A stretch of DNA of 64,000 nt from the human T2T-CHM13v2.0 reference genome, Homo sapiens: the NCBI RefSeq assembly GCF_009914755.1, contig NC_060939.1; one strand, given 5' to 3'. The notes beneath the pieces were generated by a model, which did not search any database, was not told the origin of the DNA, and worked only from the letters and a program-made list of their open reading frames with translations. The position numbers were made by a program, and so were the translations under genes. How positions within the stretch are numbered: position 1 is the stretch's first letter; each line of letters begins with the position of its first letter. This document shows, one piece after another, positions 52,701-64,000 of the stretch.

Positions 52701-55099
52701 TTTTCTTTTTGGTGCTGATAGAACACATGTATAGGACCTGAAGAGAGGAGTTATTCCCCAAATAGTGCAGAATTCCAAATGTTGACAGACGCCCTCATTC
52801 TCCATCAAAGCAAAATCCTCAAAAGGCTCTATTGGCTTGCCAGCCAGATTCCGTCTCTTTCTCAGCCAGTGTCTACATGTCCCAGTATTATTCAGGAAAT
52901 AGTTATCTAGTAGGTACTTATTTCTCTCTATCCCCTATTGCCTTCCACATTGCTGATCATGGCCACAACTTTATTAACAACCCTTCAGGCAGATCAAGGT
53001 AGAGACAGGAAATTGGTCAGACCCTTCAAAACTTAGCAGGGCAAGATGTTGAAATGATTGGCTAACAAAATTATTTATTCAGTCTTTCCTTATTTTCCAG
53101 TAATACAGAAAATAATGAGTTGGCTCTAATAGACTTGACAACATCATTCAAAATATATAGAAAACCATATTTGTATGCATTAAATAGCTTGGATTCAATG
53201 CCAAATTTAATTTTTCCACATTGAATGAAGCTGGCATATTTTCAACTGCCAATTATTCATATAAGCACATTCTTACTGCACTTTAAAGAAGAAAAAAATG
53301 CAAAACTCTCTGAAGGCAGGATTGGGTCATCTTAATAGATCCAAGATATTGATCATTTAAGTGCTCAACAAGCAGCTGCTAAATTGAAAGGCAAATACTA
53401 ATGTTCTTCATTTCACCAAACTGCCACTACTTTATATCTTCCCAACATTTTTAAAGTATTTTTAAATGCTAACATTTCCAAAGGTGGATGCCTCAAAATT
53501 AGATTTCAAGCACTCTAAGCACATGTAGAAATGCATCATCCAAATTAATTCCTACCTATTTAAAAAAAAAAAAACTTTTTCTGGAAACCTTAGAATTTTT
53601 GCAATGTTAAGCAAGTATTTATAACAATGATTAGCTTTATGTTCATGACCACAGCTCTTTTAGCTGACGAAACTGATCCAATTTGCTAACAAGTAAGTAA
53701 ACTTGGAGAGAGGGGAGGGAGATGATAGGTAATAAGTTTTTAAGTGCCTGGAAGAAAACAGAGACGCTTTTTAAATAGAGTTTCTTTTTAAATGAGCAAA
53801 ACCTATATGGTATTTAGATGAAACAACAAATTAGGATTGAAATGCAGGTAGTTTGCAATGTTTGAGGGAATAAGTGAATTTACAAGGTACAAGACCTTTT
53901 TACATATTAGAAGCTGTTAACTTGAAAAGCCTTAAGAAACACTGAAATAATCATTCCATCTTCATGGAGAAATAAGGAAATAAGTTTCTCAGAATCCTCA
54001 ATCCTTTCAAAATTCCCTTGCATTTTTCCAAAGGAAAGTTTAAAAGTGAGATCTTGACCTTAGCTTCACACTTCTATGATAGAACACCTCTCGCCCTCTT
54101 GTCTCCTGACAGTCATGGATGGCCATAAGAAGTTTAATTTGGTAACTAAATGGTGAATGTTGATCTGCTGTGAGGTAGACTGGGCAATATTTTAATAAAA
54201 GTAGTTAAATGCCAAGATTTTGAATGATCACACACACATACAAGAACTGAAAGAAGCCTCTTCCTATAGCACCATCAGTCTGTCTTGGTGGTATGAGGAC
54301 ATGTGTTCTTGTATGAGAGGGATGTATGTGTGTGGCACCACAGCCATCTTCCAGGAACTACCCTTCCTAAGCACCCATGGGAGAATATAACTTACTTATC
54401 CACTACTGCCAAAAAGAAACCTCATCAGAGAGACTCAAGAATTTTCTCTGGAGAATATTGTGTTGTAACTTGACTCCATTGAGCCCCACACATAGAACAG
54501 AAGACCCTTGAACAAACTGGTAGCCGGGTTGTTAAATAGTCACTGTTATCTGCGAACAATCACTTATTAAGTAGATTTTATTTTATATATTATTCCACCC
54601 CCATCGTCTGGAATAATATATTGTTTATTTTGACACAGGACAGTATGGATGAATATCTCATCACAACAAACTTTGGAACGAGTTCTTTAAAAAAAATTCT
54701 AACTCTTCCTTGTGTCTGGGGACATGCAGGAAATGTACACTTTATCTCTGATGCTCATGTTAACCATGAAAGGGAGGGGCATTGCCCTGATTCGTAATAG
54801 GAAATTGACATTGAGATAAATTAACTAGACCAACATCCCTCAGCCAGAAAACAGCCAAATTAGGTTAGGGCCCCATCTGTGATAAAAGCTGATATATTTC
54901 CACTACCTGATGCCACCTTCCAAATGTGACCAGGATACACTTCCCTACAACAAATTCATCTGAGCGAATCATAGAATTTTAAAGGTGTTGGAGAGTTTAG
55001 GGGTCATCTCATCATCCTCTCTGGTGAATCAAATTGTTCTCAAACTCGTGTCCTGAACCAAATTTGTGAGCATGACAAATCTGGTCCCAGTCCAGTGTC

Positions 55100-55645
55100 C
55101 CCAGTCTGTGAGTGACTTCACCGTCCACTGGGTAATTCCAGCCAGAAACTGGGGGACATGTTCTAGAATCTTAAACCTGACTCATCACCATATGCTGTCA
55201 AGAGTGTCTCCTGAGCATCTCTTCATTCTGCTCATCCTCCCCACCAGGCTCTCAGGCAGGTAATGCCCATCCTCTCTTGACTGGTTTACTATCATAGCTG
55301 CCCCCTGCTTGACCCATTTCCACTCTTGGTCTCTTCCACCAAGTTCTTGACAAATCTTTTGCCAACCCAAATCTGATCACGCCCCATCCCCTTACCATAT
55401 GCCTCCCTCTGCAGCCTTCTCTCACTGCAAGCTGCCCTTGCTCCTCCCTTGTACGTCCTCCAGTCCTGTGCACTTCCCCACCTGCCTCCCTTGCACGTTC
55501 CCTTTGCTCTGCCTGGACATTAAATTATCACGTCTCAGCTCAAGACATAGCTTTCCCTCTTTTTTGCTCACTTTTGAATCCTCAAAACCTATCACAGTTC
55601 ATGCTGTATGGTGGCTAGGTTCCATGAATATTTATTGAATAAATC
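55100..55645 (+). mobile_element. L2 3' fragment
   Basis: Pyrimidine-rich; 'ccaaatctgatcacgccccatccc', ends 'tgaatatttattgaataaat'. Confidence 0.6.
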
Positions 55646-56348
55646 CTCCTCCATTTTATAGATTTAAAAAATTGGGTCCTTTGAGGATAAGTAAATGTCT
55701 CAAGACGTCAGCTGGTTAGGAACAGAATCGGCACAGAAACCCACACCTCCTCACTCCAAGTTAAGTGCCCCTTCCCCTTGGTTCCCCTTCCACTCTTGCC
55801 AACAGACACACGTCTGCCCTGCTCCTGTTTCCCAGGTGCCTCATGGCCCACTGAAGCATGCATATTCACAAACTATATTTAGAAGGCACAGCACAGCCAA
55901 TTCTTCACAGAGCAAAGATGCCACAGACTGGAAGACTCCATCCTCAAAGTCACAAGTACAATCAACAACTCCGACTTCAAAAAATGAATCCTCAATAACC
56001 CCCTGATCCAGACTTTCCTTCATCTTGGCAGGAGGAGGATCTTACCAATCTGCCACCATCCAATCAATTATTGGGTTCAGCAGGGAGGGAGATGATAAGT
56101 GTGTCCTTCTCACACACAATAGAAATTGAAATTAATCTAATTAGTTTGAAGGAGCACTTCAATGCCACAGTGATCAGTACTAGATGTAGAGATGAAAGAT
56201 GGAAATACAGATGAAAATTGATGGTTATTTTCTGTGTAGTTTCAGGTTGGAGGTAATTTTCGAAGATTTGTTTTGTCGTTAAGATTCCTTACACTGATGA
56301 GACCCAACTGCTTAACTCTTTAAGCACTTCCAGAGAAACTCGGGAATG

Positions 56349-56358
56349 CACACACCCG

Positions 56359-56394
<36 letters not shown>

Positions 56395-56402
56395 CACACA
56401 CA
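56349..56402 (+). repeat. Interrupted (CA)n microsatellite
   Basis: Perfect CA core 56362-56392. Confidence 0.95.
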
Positions 56403-57049
56403 TGACTACATAACAGGTAGATAAAGCTTATGCAAGTTGCAAATATAGCAGTTTTAGCTTCTATATCTCTTCTTTAGCATTGTGACTGTAAAAGAAGTGA
56501 TTTTTTTTCCGTGTAAAATATTTAACCAGGATGACCAAGATCAAGTTGTTTGGTGGCTTGTGATGAATACTTGGGGTTACACAAATACTGTTTCTGTGAG
56601 AAGACTACCCCTCTCAATGAATTTCCAGTACCTAGGTGTGGTTTATGGATCTCCCATCAATGTATTAAAAATGGGATGTGCATTTGGCTTCTGTTTCCAA
56701 TTAATGTGGCACTTTCAAATATTTCAGAAGGAAGCTATCGAGACATTATTAAGAAATGGTGACGGCGTTTCAGACAACTAAAGTCAAACTCAGGAGAGAA
56801 AATGCCAGCCACTGTTTAATAATAGTTTGTCTAATAAGATATTCATATTATCATATATGTCCCATCATAGAGGATAGATCTTAATGTCATTTTAATATTT
56901 TTCCTACTAAAATAAAATTTTAATTAAGGCTAAAGATATATTGCCTAAGGTAAGCTAAACTGTTTAAAATTATTAACTGCTTGAATACTTGTTGCTATAC
57001 TACAAGCTTCCATAAAAGAAAAGAAATTAAGTACTCGAGGGATTAATGC

Positions 57050-57560
57050 AATTTTGAAAGCTGCACCCCCTCCTCCCTTCTTCTTTTAGATACGCCTAAC
57101 TGAACCATAACTGTTTTTCTCCACTCAGCCAGACTCCAGCTTTGTGGCTTTTTTAATAACCTGGCTTTTCAAGGCCCTGCTCCGGAGAGCTTTTTCATTT
57201 CTGCCGCACTACCTACAAGCAAATTTCTTCCAGTTGCTCAACAGTCGAATGCCTCCCTTTCTTCGTTGCTGAAGCATTTCATTGCAGTTTCATTGACAGG
57301 GTGGTGTTCTGTTACAGTGGAATCAATAGCTCAGCGCTTCCCAGCACACCGATTAGCTTGTCAGTCAGGGCCTGGGGGAGGTAGTGTAAATCCCAGAATA
57401 CCAGGGGCCAGGGGTTTGCAAACGGAGGAATGCACACAGGCCCCGTGGTTGTCTACCACCTGTTGCTGTGCAACATGTGCAGAGTGAATTAACTTTGTTG
57501 CTGCAACATGCCTTAAAGGTCAACTGCAATGGAAGCCTTAAGCTTTTGGAATATTTTAAC
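57050..57560. promoter_or_regulatory. Candidate enhancer
   Basis: Repeat-free with residual CpGs; TGACAG, GGAATG, twin TGTTGC..GCAACA palindromes, AAAGGTCA. Confidence 0.35.
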
Positions 57561-57817
57561 TCATTACAAAAAATCCACCCCTCCTGATTTGTTACTGGTT
57601 CTGCGACAAAAAAGGGAATTTATTCTTTGAGAGGCTAAGTTTGACAAACAGGTTGTCGAATGTGGGGGCTTAGTCTAATCTGGAAGGGCATGGAGGGGAG
57701 GGCAACTGGTTTCTTATTTTATTTTTCAAAGTAAATGGCCTGCCTGCTTCTTGATTACACATTAATGGAAAACAGTTTCCACAGTTAATGTGAGCATGCT
57801 GTGGCTTTCCGTGTGGG

Positions 57818-57820
<3 letters not shown>

Positions 57821-57854
<34 letters not shown>
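57821..57854 (+). repeat. (TG)17 microsatellite
   Basis: Perfect TG run preceded by gcg. Confidence 0.97.
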
Positions 57855-57856
<2 letters not shown>

Positions 57857-60800
57857 TGTTTCTTTCTCAAACTTCTAACAAGACTTTTTTTGATAACTGG
57901 GGAGTCATCGGTTTGTTTTGTTTTTGTTTTTTCTTCTCCAAATGTTGGACAAACACGATAATAAAAGAGTAAACAAAGAAATGCAAGATTCATGCAGAAG
58001 TTATTATGCATAACTTCTTGGACCACACAACAAAAAGAGGTGTGAGTATTCGAGTTAATAGGGGATTAAATGATTATTGTCTATTAGGAGATAATTACAA
58101 AGAGACGTGACTTCAATATACTAAAAAGAAAAGTTTTCCGGTTTCACCGTATAATGCTGTGAAAGCAACAACTTCAAGTGTCAATGATGCTTCCAGTCAA
58201 CCTCAGGAAATCTTTTGACAGATATTTATTATCCAATGCCAGGTCACCCTAGACCACAAAAGGAAATTCTGTGCTTAGTACATCAAGACACTATGGGCTG
58301 AGAAAGGTTTGCTTTCAGCACTTGGAGTTTTCTCACGAAACCGCCTTTAAACTCACCACAAACCACAATGTAAACCAGTGCGCTTCAGATATGACTTGTT
58401 AACCTAATTCCACCAAATTAATTCACCCATTTTTAAAAGGATTTCTAATGATGCAAACAAAAGCTCCAAAGCCATGAGAACACCCATTTGAATTCAAAGG
58501 TTGGCAGAGAAAATATTAATGTTTTGAAAAAAAATACGCAGAAGGAAAGCATTGAATTCTACAGTGGCCAATGTAATTTTACCCCCAAAAAAGTTATTTA
58601 CTGAGAAATAAATGTGTCCATTTCAGAACAGAGAAGGTATGTAGCACCCCCTGACTTCATTTCCCTGCGGGGGAAAACAAACGTGTATTCTAATTTAAAG
58701 TGGTTGCTTGTCTTTCTAATTCTAATGTGCAGTTGCTAGAAAAATATTATAGAGAAGTTTAATTCTTATACACTTTTAAAGATGTGAATATGTCTTTCTG
58801 TTCTTTCCATCCTTAGTTTTGTCAGTATGTTTAATGCCATGGGTATTTATTGCCCAGCAACAGCACACACGCCCCTGTAGCTAGCAATAGAGGGTGTAGT
58901 GATATAATGCAAAGAAAATCAAGTCCATGGTCCCTGGACTCCAGTCCTCTAATTCAGCAACACATCAAGTCATGTATAGCTTAGGAAGAGAAATTCATTC
59001 CCAGTAGTTAGTAAACATGACCACTCCAATACCATAACTTGGTACTGCATTGCCCAAAAATATACAAAAATATGCCTTCTTCTCTACAAGCTTACTTTCT
59101 AGCTTTGCACACACTTCCAGAAAAAGATTTGGTTATTTTAAATCAAACACAGCTCCACACTTTTGCAGAACCACAACCACTGGAGACCTGAGTGATGTTT
59201 CTCCTGGTAATGTCCAACTATTTTTAATAACTGCTTTTTCTGAAATCCCGCAGCTACCTTTAGCAAATGAATTCAGGACCTGATACCAGTAACCCCTTAA
59301 AACTCTGCCACGAGAAAAAGAAATTGAAGACAGATACACATAAAGAAAAATGAGTCATCATGCCATTGTGATTCCATCTCAGAATTTTCTCTAGCAGTTC
59401 TCAGATCCACCCACAATACCCTGTGGATTTCAAGGTGGACATGTGACAGGCATTATGTAGACAGATACAGGATAGGATAGATGTGAGAGCTGAAACCACG
59501 TTTACAAGAAATGGGGAAACTACATTTTCCATGTCTTTACCAACATTCTGTTAAAATTTGTGTTTTCAGTTAAAAGCGTCTAGCTGTGTACACTGCCTTT
59601 ATAGTCACTACGGCTCTGTGTGAGTGTAACTTAGTTTTATTTCACAAGTATGTGTGAATAGCTGCTCCTGCCATCTCCTAACAGGGGACTAGAGTCAGCT
59701 CCCACAGAGTAAGAATCCTCTGCTGTCATGGCGTCTTATTAAGCCCATACATGATGATACCTCGCCGGAACATTCCAAGCGATGTTTTAACTCCTCCCTA
59801 CTGCCCAGCACCTGCTTCACATGCACCCGAGCCAAAGGTTGCTGCAGTCCCCATGCTCGTGGTAGCCCACGCTGTACCAGCCCACACACAAAATTATGTT
59901 CATTTGCAGACAGGCAGACTTCTCTGGTGAATATCCAGATGGGCCCCTCAAGATCAAATAAACTCACACTAAGCTATGAAAGAAAGGTTCTACTGATGCT
60001 GCTATCACCTCAACTTCCGACATTGTTTGAAAGAAGCAAAACAAGATGGTTGTACAGGGCACTTTCTTCCCCAGAACCTGACAGGCACGGTCAAGTTGTC
60101 TATTTTGCTTACTTCAAAGAATATTACATTTGAAATCTGTATTATTATTAGTACTTATTGTTCAAAGTATATTGGCATTGCATACATTTTGTAGATAATG
60201 ATAATTGTTTCTCTGATCTGGGACCCAACCGGACATTTTAAATAGGAGTGGCTACAAATAGATACATCTGGAACATATAAACATTCACCAATACTTGCTT
60301 GGTTACATGACTTATACCATTGCATAAAATGTTACAGAACTGAGGTGATTAGAATCAATCACCCCTGTTGGATGGGATTAAAATCTTATCTAGCTCTTTA
60401 CCACTGGAAACCTTGCCATACCAGGGACACTCCAGGCTCAAGTAATCTGCAGAAAACCTATTACAGTGTCTATTACATTATATTTTTATTTCACTCTATT
60501 ATATTCTCAAAAAGAGTTAACATGAGTTATAGCTCTAATACACCAAGATAACATGAAAATTAGAATAAATAGGCAAGGAGAACAAGTGAGAAAGTCAAGA
60601 GGGAAGTCGAATGTGTCTGGGCATCATGTAGACGGTACAGCTTGGAAGTAGGTCAGGTGACTATGAAGTTCTCTCAACTGCCACCTGCAAAGGTCTGAGG
60701 GTGACCTTGTCAGCAAATTCAGACAAGGAATAAATAACTAATCATTTGGGAGACTGTAGCAGACACACGAGATGAAAATTTATTTTGCCACCCCAGATCC

Positions 60801-61429
60801 ATAGGAAAATAAAGTGGGCGGTACTTTTCTTTCTTCTGTTGAAATTGATATATAAAAACATGCTAATTACATCAGATTAAATATAAATTTTATTTATTCA
60901 ATTATCTGAATGACTTAAGACTGAATTAATTTTGACTTCAATATTATAATCAGCTTTACATTAAGCATTGCGAAAGTGAATTTCTCATCCTGTGTAACTT
61001 TCTTCTTTTCATTAACATATTTTCAGAACACTTGCTTTATATTATAGTTTGTCAGGAACAAGATACACATCTGCATAATAATCATAATTCTACATGCTTT
61101 ATTCAGTCAGGTAACGATTTCCTAATTCTTAGAGAATCTTCTCCAAATTCTTCCAACGGATCATACACACTCACTTTCCACCTCCATGGGCAAAACAGAA
61201 CTTGCTTCACATTTTATTATTTTGTTTAGTCATCTGTCATCTGGTAGAAAAAGAGAGAGCACGAGCAGCAGGGAAGAGGAATGGAAAGGATGGGAAGAGG
61301 AATGAAATTTTGGGGGAGTGACAAACTTCACATGGATATTCACAATATTTATTGGTCCATGCACCTTCAGAATTTTTTCATTGAATATCAAACATTCTAG
61401 TAAATGCCTAAAGCTACTCACTCTAATAT

Positions 61430-61690
61430 CAGTTGTATGGTGATTAAGAAGGAGCAAAAAACTGGGGGATCATGGGGACCGAGTGTTAAATTTTAACCTT
61501 GCTACTTAGTGAATCTGCCTTAAGACCTGCGGTCTGTTACTTACTCCCATTTGACTTCAATTATGCCTCAACTATTGAACAGAGACAATAGTATCAACTT
61601 TCAGCGTTATTACTAGAATTAGAAATAATATAATAAGCACCTATAGTAAGTGGCTGGAACATGTTAGGCACTCAATAAAAAGTAGATGAT
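61430..61690 (+). mobile_element. MIR
   Basis: 'ccttgctacttagtg', 'gcctcaactattgaacagagacaatagtatc', 'aggcactcaataaa'. Confidence 0.65.
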
Positions 61691-61826
61691 ATTAAATTTC
61701 CTGTTCAGAAATAAACGGTATTACATTCCCAGAATTAAACTGCTGTATAAAAACTTATAAATTAATTTGCTAATTCCCATGATATTTAGAAATTGTGTAT
61801 TGAGTCCCAATGCCTTTAAAGATGGT

Positions 61827-62038
61827 CCTGTACAAACAGGGGAACAACAGACACTGGGCCTCTCAGAGAGTGGAGGGTGGAAGGAGAAAGAGAATCAGGA
61901 AAAATAACTAATGAGTACTACACTTAATGCCGGGGTGACAAAATAACCTGTATGACAAACCCCCATGACACAAATTCACCTATATAACAAACCTGCACAT
62001 GTGCCCCTGAACTTAAAATAAAAGTTGAAATAAATAAA
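61827..62038 (+). mobile_element. L1PA15/16-like 3' end, 5'-truncated, 10-bp TSD
   Basis: 'aatcaggaaaaataactaatg', 'acaaacccccatgacac', 'cccctgaacttaaaataaaagtt'; TSD taaagatggt at 61817-61826 and 62039-62048. Confidence 0.9.
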
Positions 62039-62169
62039 TAAAGATGGTTTTAGTAACAGTATCTTAAGAACACTAGAGAGTCATATTATCCAGGTCTTAT
62101 CAGGGGACCCAGATGGGATCACCAGGTTGTCAGTACAAGGAGACTAGCATGCAAAGGGAGAGGCAAGAT

Positions 62170-62370
62170 GTTTATAAAGTACCTCTTATTGAGTGTACAC
62201 CTCAAAAACACCAGGCCAAATGATGTATATGCATTACCTAATTTAATACAACACATCTACAAGGCAAGTACTATGGAGATAGCCACTTTAGAGCTGAGAA
62301 AACTGAGATACTGGGTTCTCCAAGGTCTTCATCACAGTCCAACTCTGGAGCACATGCTGCTAGCTCCTGT
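62170..62370 (-). mobile_element. MIR fragment
   Basis: 'ccactttagagctgagaaaactgaga...ccaaggtc'. Confidence 0.6.
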
Positions 62371-62671
62371 GACAGGATAAATATAAGGAGCAGAACTACA
62401 AATCAAGCCTGTGATATAATAGGTATAATGTCGATTGGGCAGATGGAAGAAGAGATAATGCAGAAATTTCAGCTACATAAGTCAAGAGACAGCCAGGCAC
62501 TAGCAGGTAGAACCAGGCAGCTCAGGAGCTCACTGCATGGACACTGGCACCTGGCAGGATTGTGCTGTTGGTTTCAGGACCAAGGGCAACTTCTCAAAGG
62601 GACCAAGCTGGGCTAGAAAAATGGGCACATTCTAAATGTAATTTACAATCTATGTTTTTGAAACTGAAAAA

Positions 62672-63510
62672 CACTTTCTCAAAAAGAAAACTTTAACACA
62701 GATCGTACAAATGACCAACGAGCACATAAAGAGATGCTTAATACCATTAACCATTAGGGAAATGCAAATCAAAACCACAGTGAGATACTTCACACACACT
62801 TAGATAACTACCAAAATAATGGACAATAGCAAGTGTTGGAAGGGATGTGGAGAAATTGGAACCCTAGGAAACTGCTAGCAGGAACGTGAAATGGTCCAGC
62901 CACCATGGAAAGCAATTTGATGGCTCCTCAATGAGCCCAGTAGAGAATTTCCATATGACCTAGGAACTCCACTCCTGGGTATATTCCCCAAGGAACTGGA
63001 AACTGGTGTTCAAATAAAAACATTCACAAAAATGCTCATGTTAGCACTATTCACAGTAGCAAAATAATGAAAACAACTCAGATGTTCATCAACTCATGAA
63101 GGAATTTTTTAACATGTGACATATTCATGGAATGGAATACTATTCAACCATAAAAAGGAATGAAATTTTGATACATGCTACAAGGTGAATGAACTTCGAT
63201 TGAAAACATTTATTGTAAGTAGAAGCAGTGAGACATAGAAGGTTATGTATATGGCATAATTCCATTTATATGAAACATAAAAAGTAGAGTTGGCAAATCC
63301 ACACAGACAGAAAGCAGATTAGTGGTTGCCACGGGCTGGTGGAAGAGGGAAAATGAAGAGTAACTGCTTAATGGGTTTGGGGTTTCCTTTTGGGGTGGTG
63401 AAAATGTTCTCGTGGTGATGGTTGCATCACAACATGGTAAATGCAGTTAGTGTCACGGATGGTAAATTTTATGTTATATGTATTTTACCACAATTTAAAA
63501 AACAGAAAAA
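62672..63510 (+). mobile_element. L1MB-like ORF2 end and 3' UTR
   Basis: 'cattagggaaatgcaaatcaaaaccacagtgagatac', 'agaaagcagattagtggttgcc', 'ggtaaattttatgttatatgtattttaccacaat'. Confidence 0.88.
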
Positions 63511-64000
63511 GAAAACCTTTATGAAAGCTCTATATGGAAAACTGATAAAAGCAGGGTAGCGCTGGTGAAATCTGGCATCGACAGGAACCCTGGAGCCATT
63601 CTTCTTCCAGCTTCCCTGGACACACTGTCGTTAGAACAGAGAAAGCCAAGTTTACTTATCTAACCCATAACACGCAGCTCTGAAGAAAAGCAGAACTGAA
63701 ATTTCTCTGTTGTCACACGGAAGTGCCAGCTACACTTTGAGCCAAATGCTAAGGGAAAGTTTTCAAAAGTTCAAATTTATAGAAGCCACACTAGGAATTT
63801 TAATTTGCATGGAAAAACGAGAAACAAGCCTCTTAAAAACAAACAAACAAAGCCTATGGGAATGTTTCCAGTTATTTTTTAAGTCTTTAGTGATAGAAAA
63901 CATTAGCCAAACTTTCCCCTGTTGACTCTCATGGAAAAAAAAAAATGTCAAAAAAAGGGTCTTACTTTGTAGCATACATGGCCATTTTTCATCAGTTTTG

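Noticed and set aside
55695-56023. Overlapping ORFs with protein-like composition; possible processed pseudogene
   Set aside because: No parent protein recognised in the frames examined, no poly(A)/TSD; a tBLASTn search would be needed to revive it

Overview
Primate (very probably human) non-coding genomic DNA, AT-rich and without a CpG island. No protein-coding gene, pseudogene or structural RNA gene can be supported; the ORF track is explained by repeats, microsatellites and chance. Much of the window is interspersed repeat: Alu J/S/Y copies (many with readable target-site duplications), L1, L2 and MIR fragments, THE1/MLT1/MER21/LTR33 solo LTRs, and MER58A/MER5A/MER102/MADE1 DNA-transposon fossils. 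All family calls come from my recollection of consensus sequences, not a database search, and boundaries of old repeats are approximate. The best-supported unusual structure is a local inverted duplication of 224 bp (42353-42888 vs 43761-43984, 28 mismatches, no gaps). It copies an MLT1/MIR junction, was later interrupted by an AluSp in one arm, and abuts a ~100-bp fold-back mosaic. Repeat-free segments hold several motif-dense candidate regulatory elements, most notably a promoter/enhancer-like cluster at ~11.55-11.99 kb, plus a few candidate lncRNA splice units. I could not name the locus and see no evidence for a new multi-gene system.
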